Shown: piece after piece, positions 1 through 10,978 of the stretch
Numbering within the stretch: position 1 is the stretch's first letter
Layout of the letters: every line of letters starts with the position of its first letter
Assembly: GCA_002429115.1 (NCBI GenBank)
Contig: DIYS01000015.1
Location: 1-32,000 of the forward strand
Reading direction: 5' to 3'
Length of the DNA stretch: 32,000 nt
Source: Saccharicrinis sp. UBA6048
GTDB lineage: Bacteria; Bacteroidota; Bacteroidia; Bacteroidales; Marinilabiliaceae
Notes under the pieces: model-generated
Seen by the model: only the letters and a program-made list of their open reading frames with translations
Told to the model about the DNA's origin: nothing
Databases searched by the model: none
Position numbers and translations under genes: made by a program

Positions 1-1900
1 CATCCGCTGAAAGTAAAGTATTATAGAATCCTGCCGCTCTGGTCATATCACGTGGCACACATACATAAACCCCACGGATTGAATTAATAACCATGCTCAA
101 TGGCGAGCCACTGTGCCAGATTCCTTCCAGTCGATGCCCTCTTGTGCGTACAATAACTGGCGCTTTTTGCCCATTTTTAGTGCGGTAGCGTGTGGTTGCC
201 AGGTCATCACTCATAGTTTGAAGTGCATACAAGAGGTAGTCGAAATATTGAATCTCAGCAATCGGACGTAATCCTCGTAAGGCCAAACCTATTCCTTTTC
301 CTAATATCGTTGTCTCACGTATTCCGGTATCACGCACACGAAGGTCGCCGTACTTTTCCTGCATACCCTCAAGTGTCTGGTTAACGCCTCCAAGGTAGCC
401 GGTGTCTTCACCAAATGTTACCACTTTAGGGTTATTGGCAAATATGTGATCAAAGTTATCGCGTAAAATTTCACGACCCGGAACCGTTTTTGAATTATCA
501 TCAAACAATGGAAGCTCTTCTGCCACCTTAAGGGCTGAGTTATCGTCCTCGGCATACAACCATTTACTGTAATTTTCCCAACCTTTTTCCTGGTATACTT
601 TCACCCATGCCTTGAGGCGTGATTTCATACTATTGGGCTTCTCACAAGCTGCGCAATAATGACGAAGCACCTGACGAGCAGCGCTCAATATTTCTTTCCT
701 GCCTAGTGATAATGAAGATTTCAGGCTATTGACGATACCATCAATTTTATCCTGTTTAATATCACTACACAAACATTCTTTTTGCGTAATAATGGCCAAC
801 AGTTCGTCACGCTCAGCTTTAAAGGCATCAGTGTAATCTTTAAACGCTTCCTTTTGCGCAGCCTTTACCTCAACAGCAGCTTCATCTTCAATTGCATCCA
901 ATTCAGAAGCATCAGCCAGATTGCTACTGATAAGCCATTGTCGCATTTGTGCAATACAATCATACTCATTTTCCCATTCCAATCGCTCACTGTTTTTATA
1001 TCGTTCGTGCGATCCACTGGTTGAGTGACCAATTGGTTGCGTCAGCTCCTCAATATGAAATAATACAGGCACATGTTCTTCCCTGCATCGTTTAATACCT
1101 TCTTCATACATCTGGCAAAGACCCGCATAATCCCAACCTTTGCCTTTGTATATTAGCATCCCGGTTTTGTCGCGAGCGCCTTTTTCAAAGCCTTTCAATG
1201 CTTTACTTATGCTCTCCTTAGTGGTCTGAAACTTTTTTGGTACAGAAATACCGTAGCCATCATCCCACACGGATACCGCCAACGGAATTTGTAATACCCC
1301 GGCGGCATTTAAGGTTTCAAAAAAATGCCCCTCTGATGTACTGGCATCTCCAATGGTTCCAAAGGCTACTTCGTTACCTTTTCGGCTAAATTGCTCATAC
1401 TGGTGTAATTCTGAATTATTTCGATAAAGTTTGGATGCCATGGCTAATCCTACTAAACGAGGCATCTGACCGGCTGTAGGTGAAATATCAGATGAGGTAC
1501 ATTTCATATCGGCCAGATTTTTCCAGTTGCCAGCCTCATCAATCAGGCGTGTACCAAAATGGTTATTGAATGAGCGTCCGCCATTATCCGGGTTAAGCTC
1601 TGTACGCGTTTCGCCATATAATTGTGCAAAAAACTCTTTGGGCGTCATCATGCCTGCAGCCAAAATAAAGGTTTGATCACGGTAATAACCTGATCGCCAA
1701 TCTCCATTTTTAAACTGCTTGGCCATTGCTATTTGAGGGATTTCTTTTCCATCGCCAAAAATTCCAAACTTTGCCTTTCCTCCTAACACTTCTTTACGAG
1801 CCATTAAACTCATATTTCTGCTCACACAGGCAATCCTATAATCGGCAATTACTTCTTTTTTAAACTCAGCAAAGCTGAGCTCGCTTTCATTTAAAGACAT
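1..1900 (-). CDS. TPP-dependent 2-oxoacid dehydrogenase E1 component, fused alpha/beta subunits (partial; C-terminal part lies beyond the left edge)
   Basis: Absent from the ORF track because no stop codon falls inside the window. My reverse-complement translation from the ATG at 1900-1898 reads MSLNESELSFAEFKKEVIADYRIACVSRNMSLMARKEVLGGKAKFGIFGDGKE... It has a TPP-binding-like GDASTSEGHFFETLNAA, followed by beta-subunit-like VTFGEDTGYLGGV...RVRDTGIRETTILGKGIGLALRGLRPIAEIQYFDYL. No other minus-strand ORF of 60 aa or more is listed in 1-1900, which fits one long open frame. Confidence 0.8.
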   Translation of the reverse strand, partial: MSLNESELSFAEFKKEVIADYRIACVSRNMSLMARKEVLGGKAKFGIFGDGKEIPQIAMAKQFKNGDWRSGYYRDQTFILAAGMMTPKEFFAQLYGETRTELNPDNGGRSFNNHFGTRLIDEAGNWKNLADMKCTSSDISPTAGQMPRLVGLAMASKLYRNNSELHQYEQFSRKGNEVAFGTIGDASTSEGHFFETLNAAGVLQIPLAVSVWDDGYGISVPKKFQTTKESISKALKGFEKGARDKTGMLIYKGKGWDYAGLCQMYEEGIKRCREEHVPVLFHIEELTQPIGHSTSGSHERYKNSERLEWENEYDCIAQMRQWLISSNLADASELDAIEDEAAVEVKAAQKEAFKDYTDAFKAERDELLAIITQKECLCSDIKQDKIDGIVNSLKSSLSLGRKEILSAARQVLRHYCAACEKPNSMKSRLKAWVKVYQEKGWENYSKWLYAEDDNSALKVAEELPLFDDNSKTVPGREILRDNFDHIFANNPKVVTFGEDTGYLGGVNQTLEGMQEKYGDLRVRDTGIRETTILGKGIGLALRGLRPIAEIQYFDYLLYALQTMSDDLATTRYRTKNGQKAPVIVRTRGHRLEGIWHSGSPLSMVINSIRGVYVCVPRDMTRAAGFYNTLLSAD

Positions 1901-2023
1901 ATAAATGTGTTTAACTTTTTTAGTTGCTAGGCACAAATTTACTAAGAATGTGCCATTATCAATCGGGCAACTATCAAACATATAAGAAACACCTTTTGTT
2001 TGGTGAGAATGTACTTTTAGAAA

Positions 2024-2039
2024 ATAAAGAGCTCTTTAT
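2024..2039. promoter_or_regulatory. Perfect 16-bp palindrome ATAAAGAGCTCTTTAT in the divergent promoter region between the E1 gene and the first LuxR gene; candidate operator
   Basis: The sequence equals its own reverse complement. It lies about 80-95 bp upstream of the first PAS-LuxR start. Function is inferred only. Confidence 0.3.
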
Positions 2040-2119
2040 CTTATTATTACTTGTGTGATTAGCTTACTTATTGATATCGTTAATTTTTTGATCGACATTT
2101 ATAACAAACATTGTATCAT

Positions 2120-2782
2120 ATGAGCCATGAGTTTTATAATTCTGTTGAGTCGGAATTGAATTTCTATAAGCAATTACTAAATAAACTACCTGCATCGGTT
2201 CATATACTTGAGGTCAATGATAATTACGAAACTATGCTGCGATGGGCTACTGATAACTATGTGAATTTCACAGGCATTTCATTGAACGAGCGTGCTGAAC
2301 TAGGTTTTGCCAATCCATACGATTATTATCATCCGGACGACGCCGAATCGGTTATAAAAGGCACCAGGTATATCATAGAAGGTCAAGGTGAAGAAGCCTC
2401 CTTCTTTTGCCGAATGCTCAATGAGTATCAGTCTGGTTGGGTGTTTATTAAGATCAAACCGTTTAAGACTGTCGACTCCAGAAAATTTATTATTTGTCTG
2501 GCTTTTCCAACTAAGGATGAAAACAAATTTGCCAGCCATAAATTTGACACCTATGTGCAGGAGATTGCCCGGTTGAAAAACCAGATTAAAATTAATAAGT
2601 TGTCAAAAACGGAGTGTCACGTATTCAAACTCTTAGCACAAGGTTTAAGTACGAAGGAAGTAGCTACAAAACTTAACCGTAGCTTTAACACAATTAATAA
2701 CCATCGGCGCTCAATATTTAACAAGCTGGGTATCCACAAGATATCCGAGGCTGTAGCACTGGCAAAAGAATGTGGCATATAA
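2120..2782 (+). CDS. PAS-like sensor / LuxR-family (GerE-type HTH) transcriptional regulator, paralog 1
   Basis: Track ORF 2111..2782 opens with TTG; the ATG at 2120 (MSHEF...) is the more likely start. The C-terminus LSKTECHVFKLLAQGLSTKEVATKLNRSFNTINNHRRSIFNKLGIHKISEAVALA is a typical LuxR/GerE HTH. The N-terminal roughly 150 aa look PAS-like. Confidence 0.8.
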   Translation: MSHEFYNSVESELNFYKQLLNKLPASVHILEVNDNYETMLRWATDNYVNFTGISLNERAELGFANPYDYYHPDDAESVIKGTRYIIEGQGEEASFFCRMLNEYQSGWVFIKIKPFKTVDSRKFIICLAFPTKDENKFASHKFDTYVQEIARLKNQIKINKLSKTECHVFKLLAQGLSTKEVATKLNRSFNTINNHRRSIFNKLGIHKISEAVALAKECGI

Positions 2783-2794
2783 TCGCTGTGAATT

Positions 2795-3448
2795 ATGTAT
2801 CAAATAAAATCCGATCAAGACTTTTATCTCAAGCTATTAAATACGCTTCCTGCATCCATACATGTGTTGGAAATAAACAATCAGCTTGATGCGTCAGTTA
2901 TTTGGGCCAATAAGAATTATGAAGAAACCACCGGCATAACGCTTAGCGAAAGGGAAAAAATTGGCTTTCTGGATCAATCAAATGTTTTTAATAAAGATGA
3001 TAGTAAAGAGATAAAAGCAGCTTTTCGTCGTTTTATCAATAATGAGCATAAAAAAGAATCAATTATTGCCCGTTTTAAGGTGAGTTTCACAGATGAAAAA
3101 TGGTGCTATATCAGATCTCAGAAAATAGATCTGATACCTGGAAAAACCCATATTATCAGTATCCTGTTTACACTCGAAGATGGGCTGGTGGTTAATCCGA
3201 ATAAGCTGGACTACTATATTAACGAAAACAAAAGACTGCGAAATCAACTCAAACTCTCATCACTGACCAAAGCAGAAAAAAACGTGTTGCACCTATTGGG
3301 CAAAGGATTATCTACAAAAGAGACTGCCAATTACTTATGTCGAAGTTTTAATACGATTAATAATCATCGTCGATCAATATTTGTCAAACTGAATTTCCAC
3401 AAAATATCGGAATTAGTTGCATTCACAAAAGATGTGGGTTTAGTATAA
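2795..3448 (+). CDS. PAS-like sensor / LuxR-family (GerE-type HTH) transcriptional regulator, paralog 2
   Basis: Same architecture as the upstream gene. Shared blocks include FY.KLLN.LPAS(V/I)H(I/V)LE(V/I)N and an identical RSFNTINNHRRSIF. It starts 12 bp after paralog 1. Confidence 0.8.
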   Translation: MYQIKSDQDFYLKLLNTLPASIHVLEINNQLDASVIWANKNYEETTGITLSEREKIGFLDQSNVFNKDDSKEIKAAFRRFINNEHKKESIIARFKVSFTDEKWCYIRSQKIDLIPGKTHIISILFTLEDGLVVNPNKLDYYINENKRLRNQLKLSSLTKAEKNVLHLLGKGLSTKETANYLCRSFNTINNHRRSIFVKLNFHKISELVAFTKDVGLV

Positions 3449-3562
3449 GCTATACTGAATATCCTAACCTGGACACGCCAGAAAAGTATCAAGAATCAAG
3501 ATTTAAGTATCAAGACTATTTACAAGATGCAAACAATATTCTGCCAAATTAAACACTGCTTG

Positions 3563-3579
3563 CCCCGAGTTTCTCGGGG
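3563..3579 (+). terminator. Short GC hairpin (CCCCGAG-TTT-CTCGGGG) downstream of the LuxR pair
   Basis: 7-bp GC-rich stem with a 3-nt loop. No U-tract follows, so terminator function is uncertain. Confidence 0.3.
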
Positions 3580-3754
3580 AATATCATTGATAAGATACTA
3601 ATACATACATTTCCCGATTTATTGATCTTTTATTCCTAAAATGACATATTTGTGTCATTGATCAATTTTCTATCCACCACTAATTTTGCTCAAAGATGTT
3701 ACAAACCTATGAGTAGATAGACTAATAATGTGGTGATTATGAAAATTTGAGCAG

Positions 3755-5083
3755 ATGAAATATTCCATCCTAATTTTATTGCTGGTTGTAAGCATAAGTA
3801 TGCGATCGCAGGAGCCTATTTTAAGCATGATGAAGATGGTTCCCCAAGTGCAGCGGATAAATCCGGCCCTCTACAATGATAGTTTGAATTACATTAGTCT
3901 TCCGGGAATCAGTAATTTCAATTTTGAGCTTGAAGCACAAGGTCTCAAACTCAACGATGTAAGCAATAGTTTGTATGATAATGATGATGCCGCAGCCATT
4001 TGGGATGATTTAGCGGAATCGCTTAGTAGTAATAATTCAATCGCCTTTAATGCCAAAACAACCATTTTAGGCTTAGGAATTAAAATTAAAAATGGGTTTT
4101 TCTCGTTTGAAGCTATCCACAGAACATCTGGTCAGATTCAGTTCTCCAATTCCTTTGCCGACTTACGGTATATCCAGTCTGATTTTGTTATTCCTTCCGG
4201 AGAAATTAATAGTCAACCAGAACTAGAAATCGATGCATTAAGCTACAACGAATACAAGTTTGGCTACGCACACCAAATAACTCCTAAACTAAGAGTTGGC
4301 GCTTCTTTTAAATTCTTAAGTGGCATCAGCTATGTTGATTCAGAAGACATGGGTATTGACATTCAATACAATGAAGAGACAGGAGGTCTTATACAGACCA
4401 AAGGTCAGTTGGCCATCTCTGGTCCTTTTGATTATAGTCATAATAATAACCATAGTGTCAATGACATTTCATTCAAAAACAATCTATCGGTTAATGACCT
4501 GCTCATAACCAACAATACAGGATTAGCGTTTGATTTTGGCGCTAATTACGACATCACTGATAAACTAAACATCAATGTGGCCATCACTGAAATCGGATCT
4601 ATCAAATGGAAATCGTATAACTTATACGAATCGAACCAGACGTTTGTATTGGATCAAAACACAGTACTACAAGGAACTAATATGGGAAGTTTTATGGCCG
4701 ACTCATTGAGTAAAGCCCTTGAACTTAAAGTTGAAAACACAAGTAAAAAACAAAAACTAAACACGACACTAAATACCAATATTAACTACCAATTACTAAA
4801 ATGGTTAAAACTTGGGGTTAATTACTCGTCTACATCTGTATACGATGATCGTCATAATCAGATGACGTTTATGGCTGATTTTTCTAGAAAAGAATTTTCA
4901 GCTTTCATCATCGGTTACAGCATATCCAACATTAATGGTAATTCGCTCAACCTGGGTACTTCGGCCAGGCTATTAAAAGTGATTCAATTCTATGCCTTTG
5001 CCGATAAGATGGAAAATATGTTTAAAGATAGTTCCGAAGTCTCATCATTAAGTATCAGGGGCGGAATTAATGTCGTCTTTTAG
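3755..5083 (+). CDS. Putative outer-membrane beta-barrel protein (resembles the Bacteroidota DUF5723-type family; function unknown)
   Basis: Signal peptide MKYSILILLLVVSISMRSQ. The sequence is rich in alternating, Asn/Ser/Gly-rich beta-strand-like segments, and the C-terminus ...GGINVVF ends in an aromatic residue as in OMPs. The family name is recalled from memory and not verified. Confidence 0.6.
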   Translation: MKYSILILLLVVSISMRSQEPILSMMKMVPQVQRINPALYNDSLNYISLPGISNFNFELEAQGLKLNDVSNSLYDNDDAAAIWDDLAESLSSNNSIAFNAKTTILGLGIKIKNGFFSFEAIHRTSGQIQFSNSFADLRYIQSDFVIPSGEINSQPELEIDALSYNEYKFGYAHQITPKLRVGASFKFLSGISYVDSEDMGIDIQYNEETGGLIQTKGQLAISGPFDYSHNNNHSVNDISFKNNLSVNDLLITNNTGLAFDFGANYDITDKLNINVAITEIGSIKWKSYNLYESNQTFVLDQNTVLQGTNMGSFMADSLSKALELKVENTSKKQKLNTTLNTNINYQLLKWLKLGVNYSSTSVYDDRHNQMTFMADFSRKEFSAFIIGYSISNINGNSLNLGTSARLLKVIQFYAFADKMENMFKDSSEVSSLSIRGGINVVF

Positions 5084-5168
5084 AATATCAGACATACTCA
5101 ACATTCAGTCTGAGTTCGATATTATGTTTCGAATCAGGTTATTAAATAAACAAATAATACTACCAGCC

Positions 5169-5984
5169 CTATTTTTTAACCAAACCTATAACCCTAACTA
5201 ATAACTCTTTGAAATTAGAAGCATCTTCATAAAATGGAACATGACCACAGTGAGGTATTACATGCACCTCACCTCCCAAAAGCGGAATATCAATATTAGT
5301 CACCTCATCAAGATTGTAAAGAAGTTCTTTGCCGCCATAAATCATAGCAGTAGGAACCGAATTTTGATTAATCAGCTCAAACTGATCCGTATAGCTTTGA
5401 TCTTCTATTTCTTTAGCCAGGTATTCACGTGTTAAAGGATCAGATTTTATTAGTTGCTGTTTGAAATAATCATCTGGTGGAAAATCCGGTGCATACATGG
5501 CCGCATTCATCTTATCAATATCTGAAGCTGTGATATCAGGCTTGAAAAACAAAGGGAAAACCGGACTTGGTAAAAACACAGACATATTCAAGGGTTTCGA
5601 AGCAGGATATGAACAGGTTAAAACAATGCCTTTAATTTCAATCTCACATTTCAATAATTCAATGGCAATGTTACCTCCTAAGCTATGTCCAACAACTATA
5701 ACATCAGTAATTTCATTCTTTTTACAAAAGACAGCTAATTTTTTTGCTTGCTCAGATATTACATAGTCCTTTTCCGGATCGTTTGAAAAGTCAGAATCAC
5801 CATAACCTATCAGATCAGGCGCATACATCGTAAACTCTCTTTGTAATTGTGAATCATTTAATTGTTTTAAGAAGGAGTCAGAATCTAACGAGTTTCCGTG
5901 CAAAAAGAGCAAATTAGTATTTCCTTCTCCTGCTTTATAACAGGCCATTGATAAGCCATTTACTTCAACCTTGTGCTTTTCCAT
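5169..5984 (-). CDS. Alpha/beta-fold hydrolase
   Basis: LLFLHGNS oxyanion-region motif, nucleophile elbow VVGHSLGGNIA (G-x-S-x-G), and a C-terminal HCGHVPFYE catalytic-His region. Confidence 0.8.
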   Translation of the reverse strand: MEKHKVEVNGLSMACYKAGEGNTNLLFLHGNSLDSDSFLKQLNDSQLQREFTMYAPDLIGYGDSDFSNDPEKDYVISEQAKKLAVFCKKNEITDVIVVGHSLGGNIAIELLKCEIEIKGIVLTCSYPASKPLNMSVFLPSPVFPLFFKPDITASDIDKMNAAMYAPDFPPDDYFKQQLIKSDPLTREYLAKEIEDQSYTDQFELINQNSVPTAMIYGGKELLYNLDEVTNIDIPLLGGEVHVIPHCGHVPFYEDASNFKELLVRVIGLVKK

Positions 5985-6134
5985 CTTTCCTTATCTAAAT
6001 TACACCTAAGAGACAATCAAACTTTTCAATCTATTGCTTTGTTTTCCTATAAACCTGTTTCCAAAAATTTACGTCGAAATCAGGTTATAAACAAATTTTA
6101 GTACTTTTGTACCGAAATAAAAAAGGGAAAGCAT

Positions 6135-6377
6135 ATGTGGCCTGTATTATTATTGAGTATTGTATTAATGGGGATTGTTTTTGTACTGATGGCTATCAGA
6201 ATCATTTTACAGAAAAACGGCAAATTCCCAAACTCCCATATCGGTGGAAATAAAGCGCTTAACGAGAAGGGTATTACCTGTGCAACCACACAAGATAAGC
6301 TGGCCAGAAAAGAAGCTTTCAAGATTAAGCCCTTAAAACTGGATGGGGAATATGAGAGTAGAACAACCAGCTGCTAA
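6135..6377 (+). CDS. Small single-pass membrane protein (possible NqrM-like Na+-NQR maturation factor; uncertain)
   Basis: 80 aa with an N-terminal TM helix MWPVLLLSIVLMGIVFVLMAIRII, followed by KNGKFPNSHIGGNKALNEKGITCATTQDKLARKEA. It is convergent with apbE. The antisense ORF 6098..6322 is taken as a shadow. Confidence 0.55.
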   Translation: MWPVLLLSIVLMGIVFVLMAIRIILQKNGKFPNSHIGGNKALNEKGITCATTQDKLARKEAFKIKPLKLDGEYESRTTSC

Positions 6378-6380
6378 AAT

Positions 6381-6414
6381 AAAAGAGGATTTCCCCGAAA
6401 CGAACTCCTCTTTT
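6381..6414. terminator. Hairpin between the convergent small membrane gene and apbE (AAAAGAGGA ... TCCTCTTTT)
   Basis: 9-bp stem (6381-6389 with 6406-6414) and a 16-nt loop. A/T runs are built into both arms, so it could act in both directions. Confidence 0.4.
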
Positions 6415-6569
6415 ACATTCATTCTACCCAAACCCAACACTCTAATTTCATAAACAATACTTTCACTTACCACATTCATAGTCAAGCATATTGCCCTCCA
6501 TTCTAAGATGCAAGTTAAGACCGTAAAAGTGACTTGTCAAGGTGAGTTTCAGGAAGATATTCTGTGCGA

Positions 6570-7568
6570 TTACTCTATAATCGTCTGCTTAAACCCTTCA
6601 GTAAATCGAATTTCAAAAGTTTCGGCATCGCCATCTAAAATAAAGTAGGCCTCCAGATCATTATTGGCTTGGGCAATAGCCATGCTCTTTTCGTAACCAA
6701 GCACCATAAATGCAGTGGCATAAGCATCGGCTGTCATGCAATCGGGCGCCAGCACCGATACACCAAGCAGCTGATGTTCTACCGGATAACCCGTAAACGG
6801 ACTGATGGTATGCGCGTACTTTTTTCCTCCTTTGATATAAAAATTTCGATAATTACCTGAAGAGGCCAGTGCCGTATTCGAGATACCAATTATTTCCTGC
6901 AACTCACGATTTTGCACAACAGGATCATCAATTGGTTTATCAATACCAACACGCCAGTTCGTTTTCTTTTGGTTCACGCCTTTCACTCGCATCTCACCAC
7001 CAATTTCCACCATGTAATTTTCAACATTGAATGTTTCGAGCAAATCAGCCACAACATCCACAGCAAATCCTTTTGCTATGGCACTGCCATCCAGCATTAT
7101 CTCGGGTTTATTTTTCACAATGAGATCATTTTCCAGCCTTACCATATCCATTCCCACATAAGGCATTATTGAATCGATTATCGCCTGAGTAACACTATCT
7201 TTTTTCGAAAAACCAAAACCCCAGGCATTCACCAAAGGTGCCACCGTCATATCAAAAGCTCCGCCGGTAGCAGCCGTAATTTCTTTCGCCCGCTTAAATA
7301 CTTGCCGAAAATACGCATCCGTTTCGTTTGAGGTATTTCGATTAATCTTACTAATGGTTGATGTTTCCTTGTAAGTTGACATGGACCAGTCAAAGGCATT
7401 TAAGGTAGTTCGTATGGTATCAGATAAATCCTCTGCACTTTCATAAGTCATGTGGTAGATGGTACCAAAAATAAGCCCTTCTGTGCGTATGTATTCCTTC
7501 TTAGGCTGACAGGAAATTGATGAAATTATAACAAGAGCAACTAATGCAATGCGCGTATATTGTTTCAT
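6570..7568 (-). CDS. apbE: FAD:protein FMN transferase ApbE (lipoprotein)
   Basis: Lipobox ...IISSISC. ApbE-family blocks GGAFDMTVAPLVNAWGFG, DGSAIAKGFAVD and ALASSGNYRNF...HTISPFTG. Confidence 0.9.
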   Translation of the reverse strand: MKQYTRIALVALVIISSISCQPKKEYIRTEGLIFGTIYHMTYESAEDLSDTIRTTLNAFDWSMSTYKETSTISKINRNTSNETDAYFRQVFKRAKEITAATGGAFDMTVAPLVNAWGFGFSKKDSVTQAIIDSIMPYVGMDMVRLENDLIVKNKPEIMLDGSAIAKGFAVDVVADLLETFNVENYMVEIGGEMRVKGVNQKKTNWRVGIDKPIDDPVVQNRELQEIIGISNTALASSGNYRNFYIKGGKKYAHTISPFTGYPVEHQLLGVSVLAPDCMTADAYATAFMVLGYEKSMAIAQANNDLEAYFILDGDAETFEIRFTEGFKQTIIE

Positions 7569-7662
7569 TTGAGAATCTTTTTTGGCAAAGGTGAGAAATC
7601 AGGCTCTAATACCAAAATTACATTGAAGTTAGCGTTATTATTTTGGTATAATTATGAAATAG

Positions 7663-7711
7663 AAAGGATCGTATCTTTATTTGTGGGCTGCAAATAAAGA
7701 TACGATCCTTT
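7663..7711 (-). repeat. Perfect palindromic hairpin (20-bp stem, 9-nt loop), copy 1 of a repeat family; probable lacZ 3' stem-loop
   Basis: AAAGGATCGTATCTTTATTT (7663-7682) pairs perfectly with AAATAAAGATACGATCCTTT (7692-7711). Nineteen nt of the right arm recur at 14958-14976. It lies 26 bp downstream of the lacZ stop. Confidence 0.8.
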
Positions 7712-7737
7712 GATTCTTAGTCTATAAAAACAAGTGA

Positions 7738-10950
<3,213 letters not shown>

Positions 10951-10978
10951 CTATTTTTTTACCAATTGATTTAATCTT

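Noticed and set aside
782-1024. 80-aa plus-strand ORF from the track
   Set aside because: It lies entirely inside, and antisense to, the long open E1 dehydrogenase frame. The low-complexity sequence is typical of a shadow ORF.
6098-6322. 74-aa minus-strand ORF overlapping the small membrane protein gene
   Set aside because: The two are mutually exclusive. The plus-strand frame gives a clean TM helix plus a polar tail and has a hairpin after its stop. The minus-strand product has no such logic.
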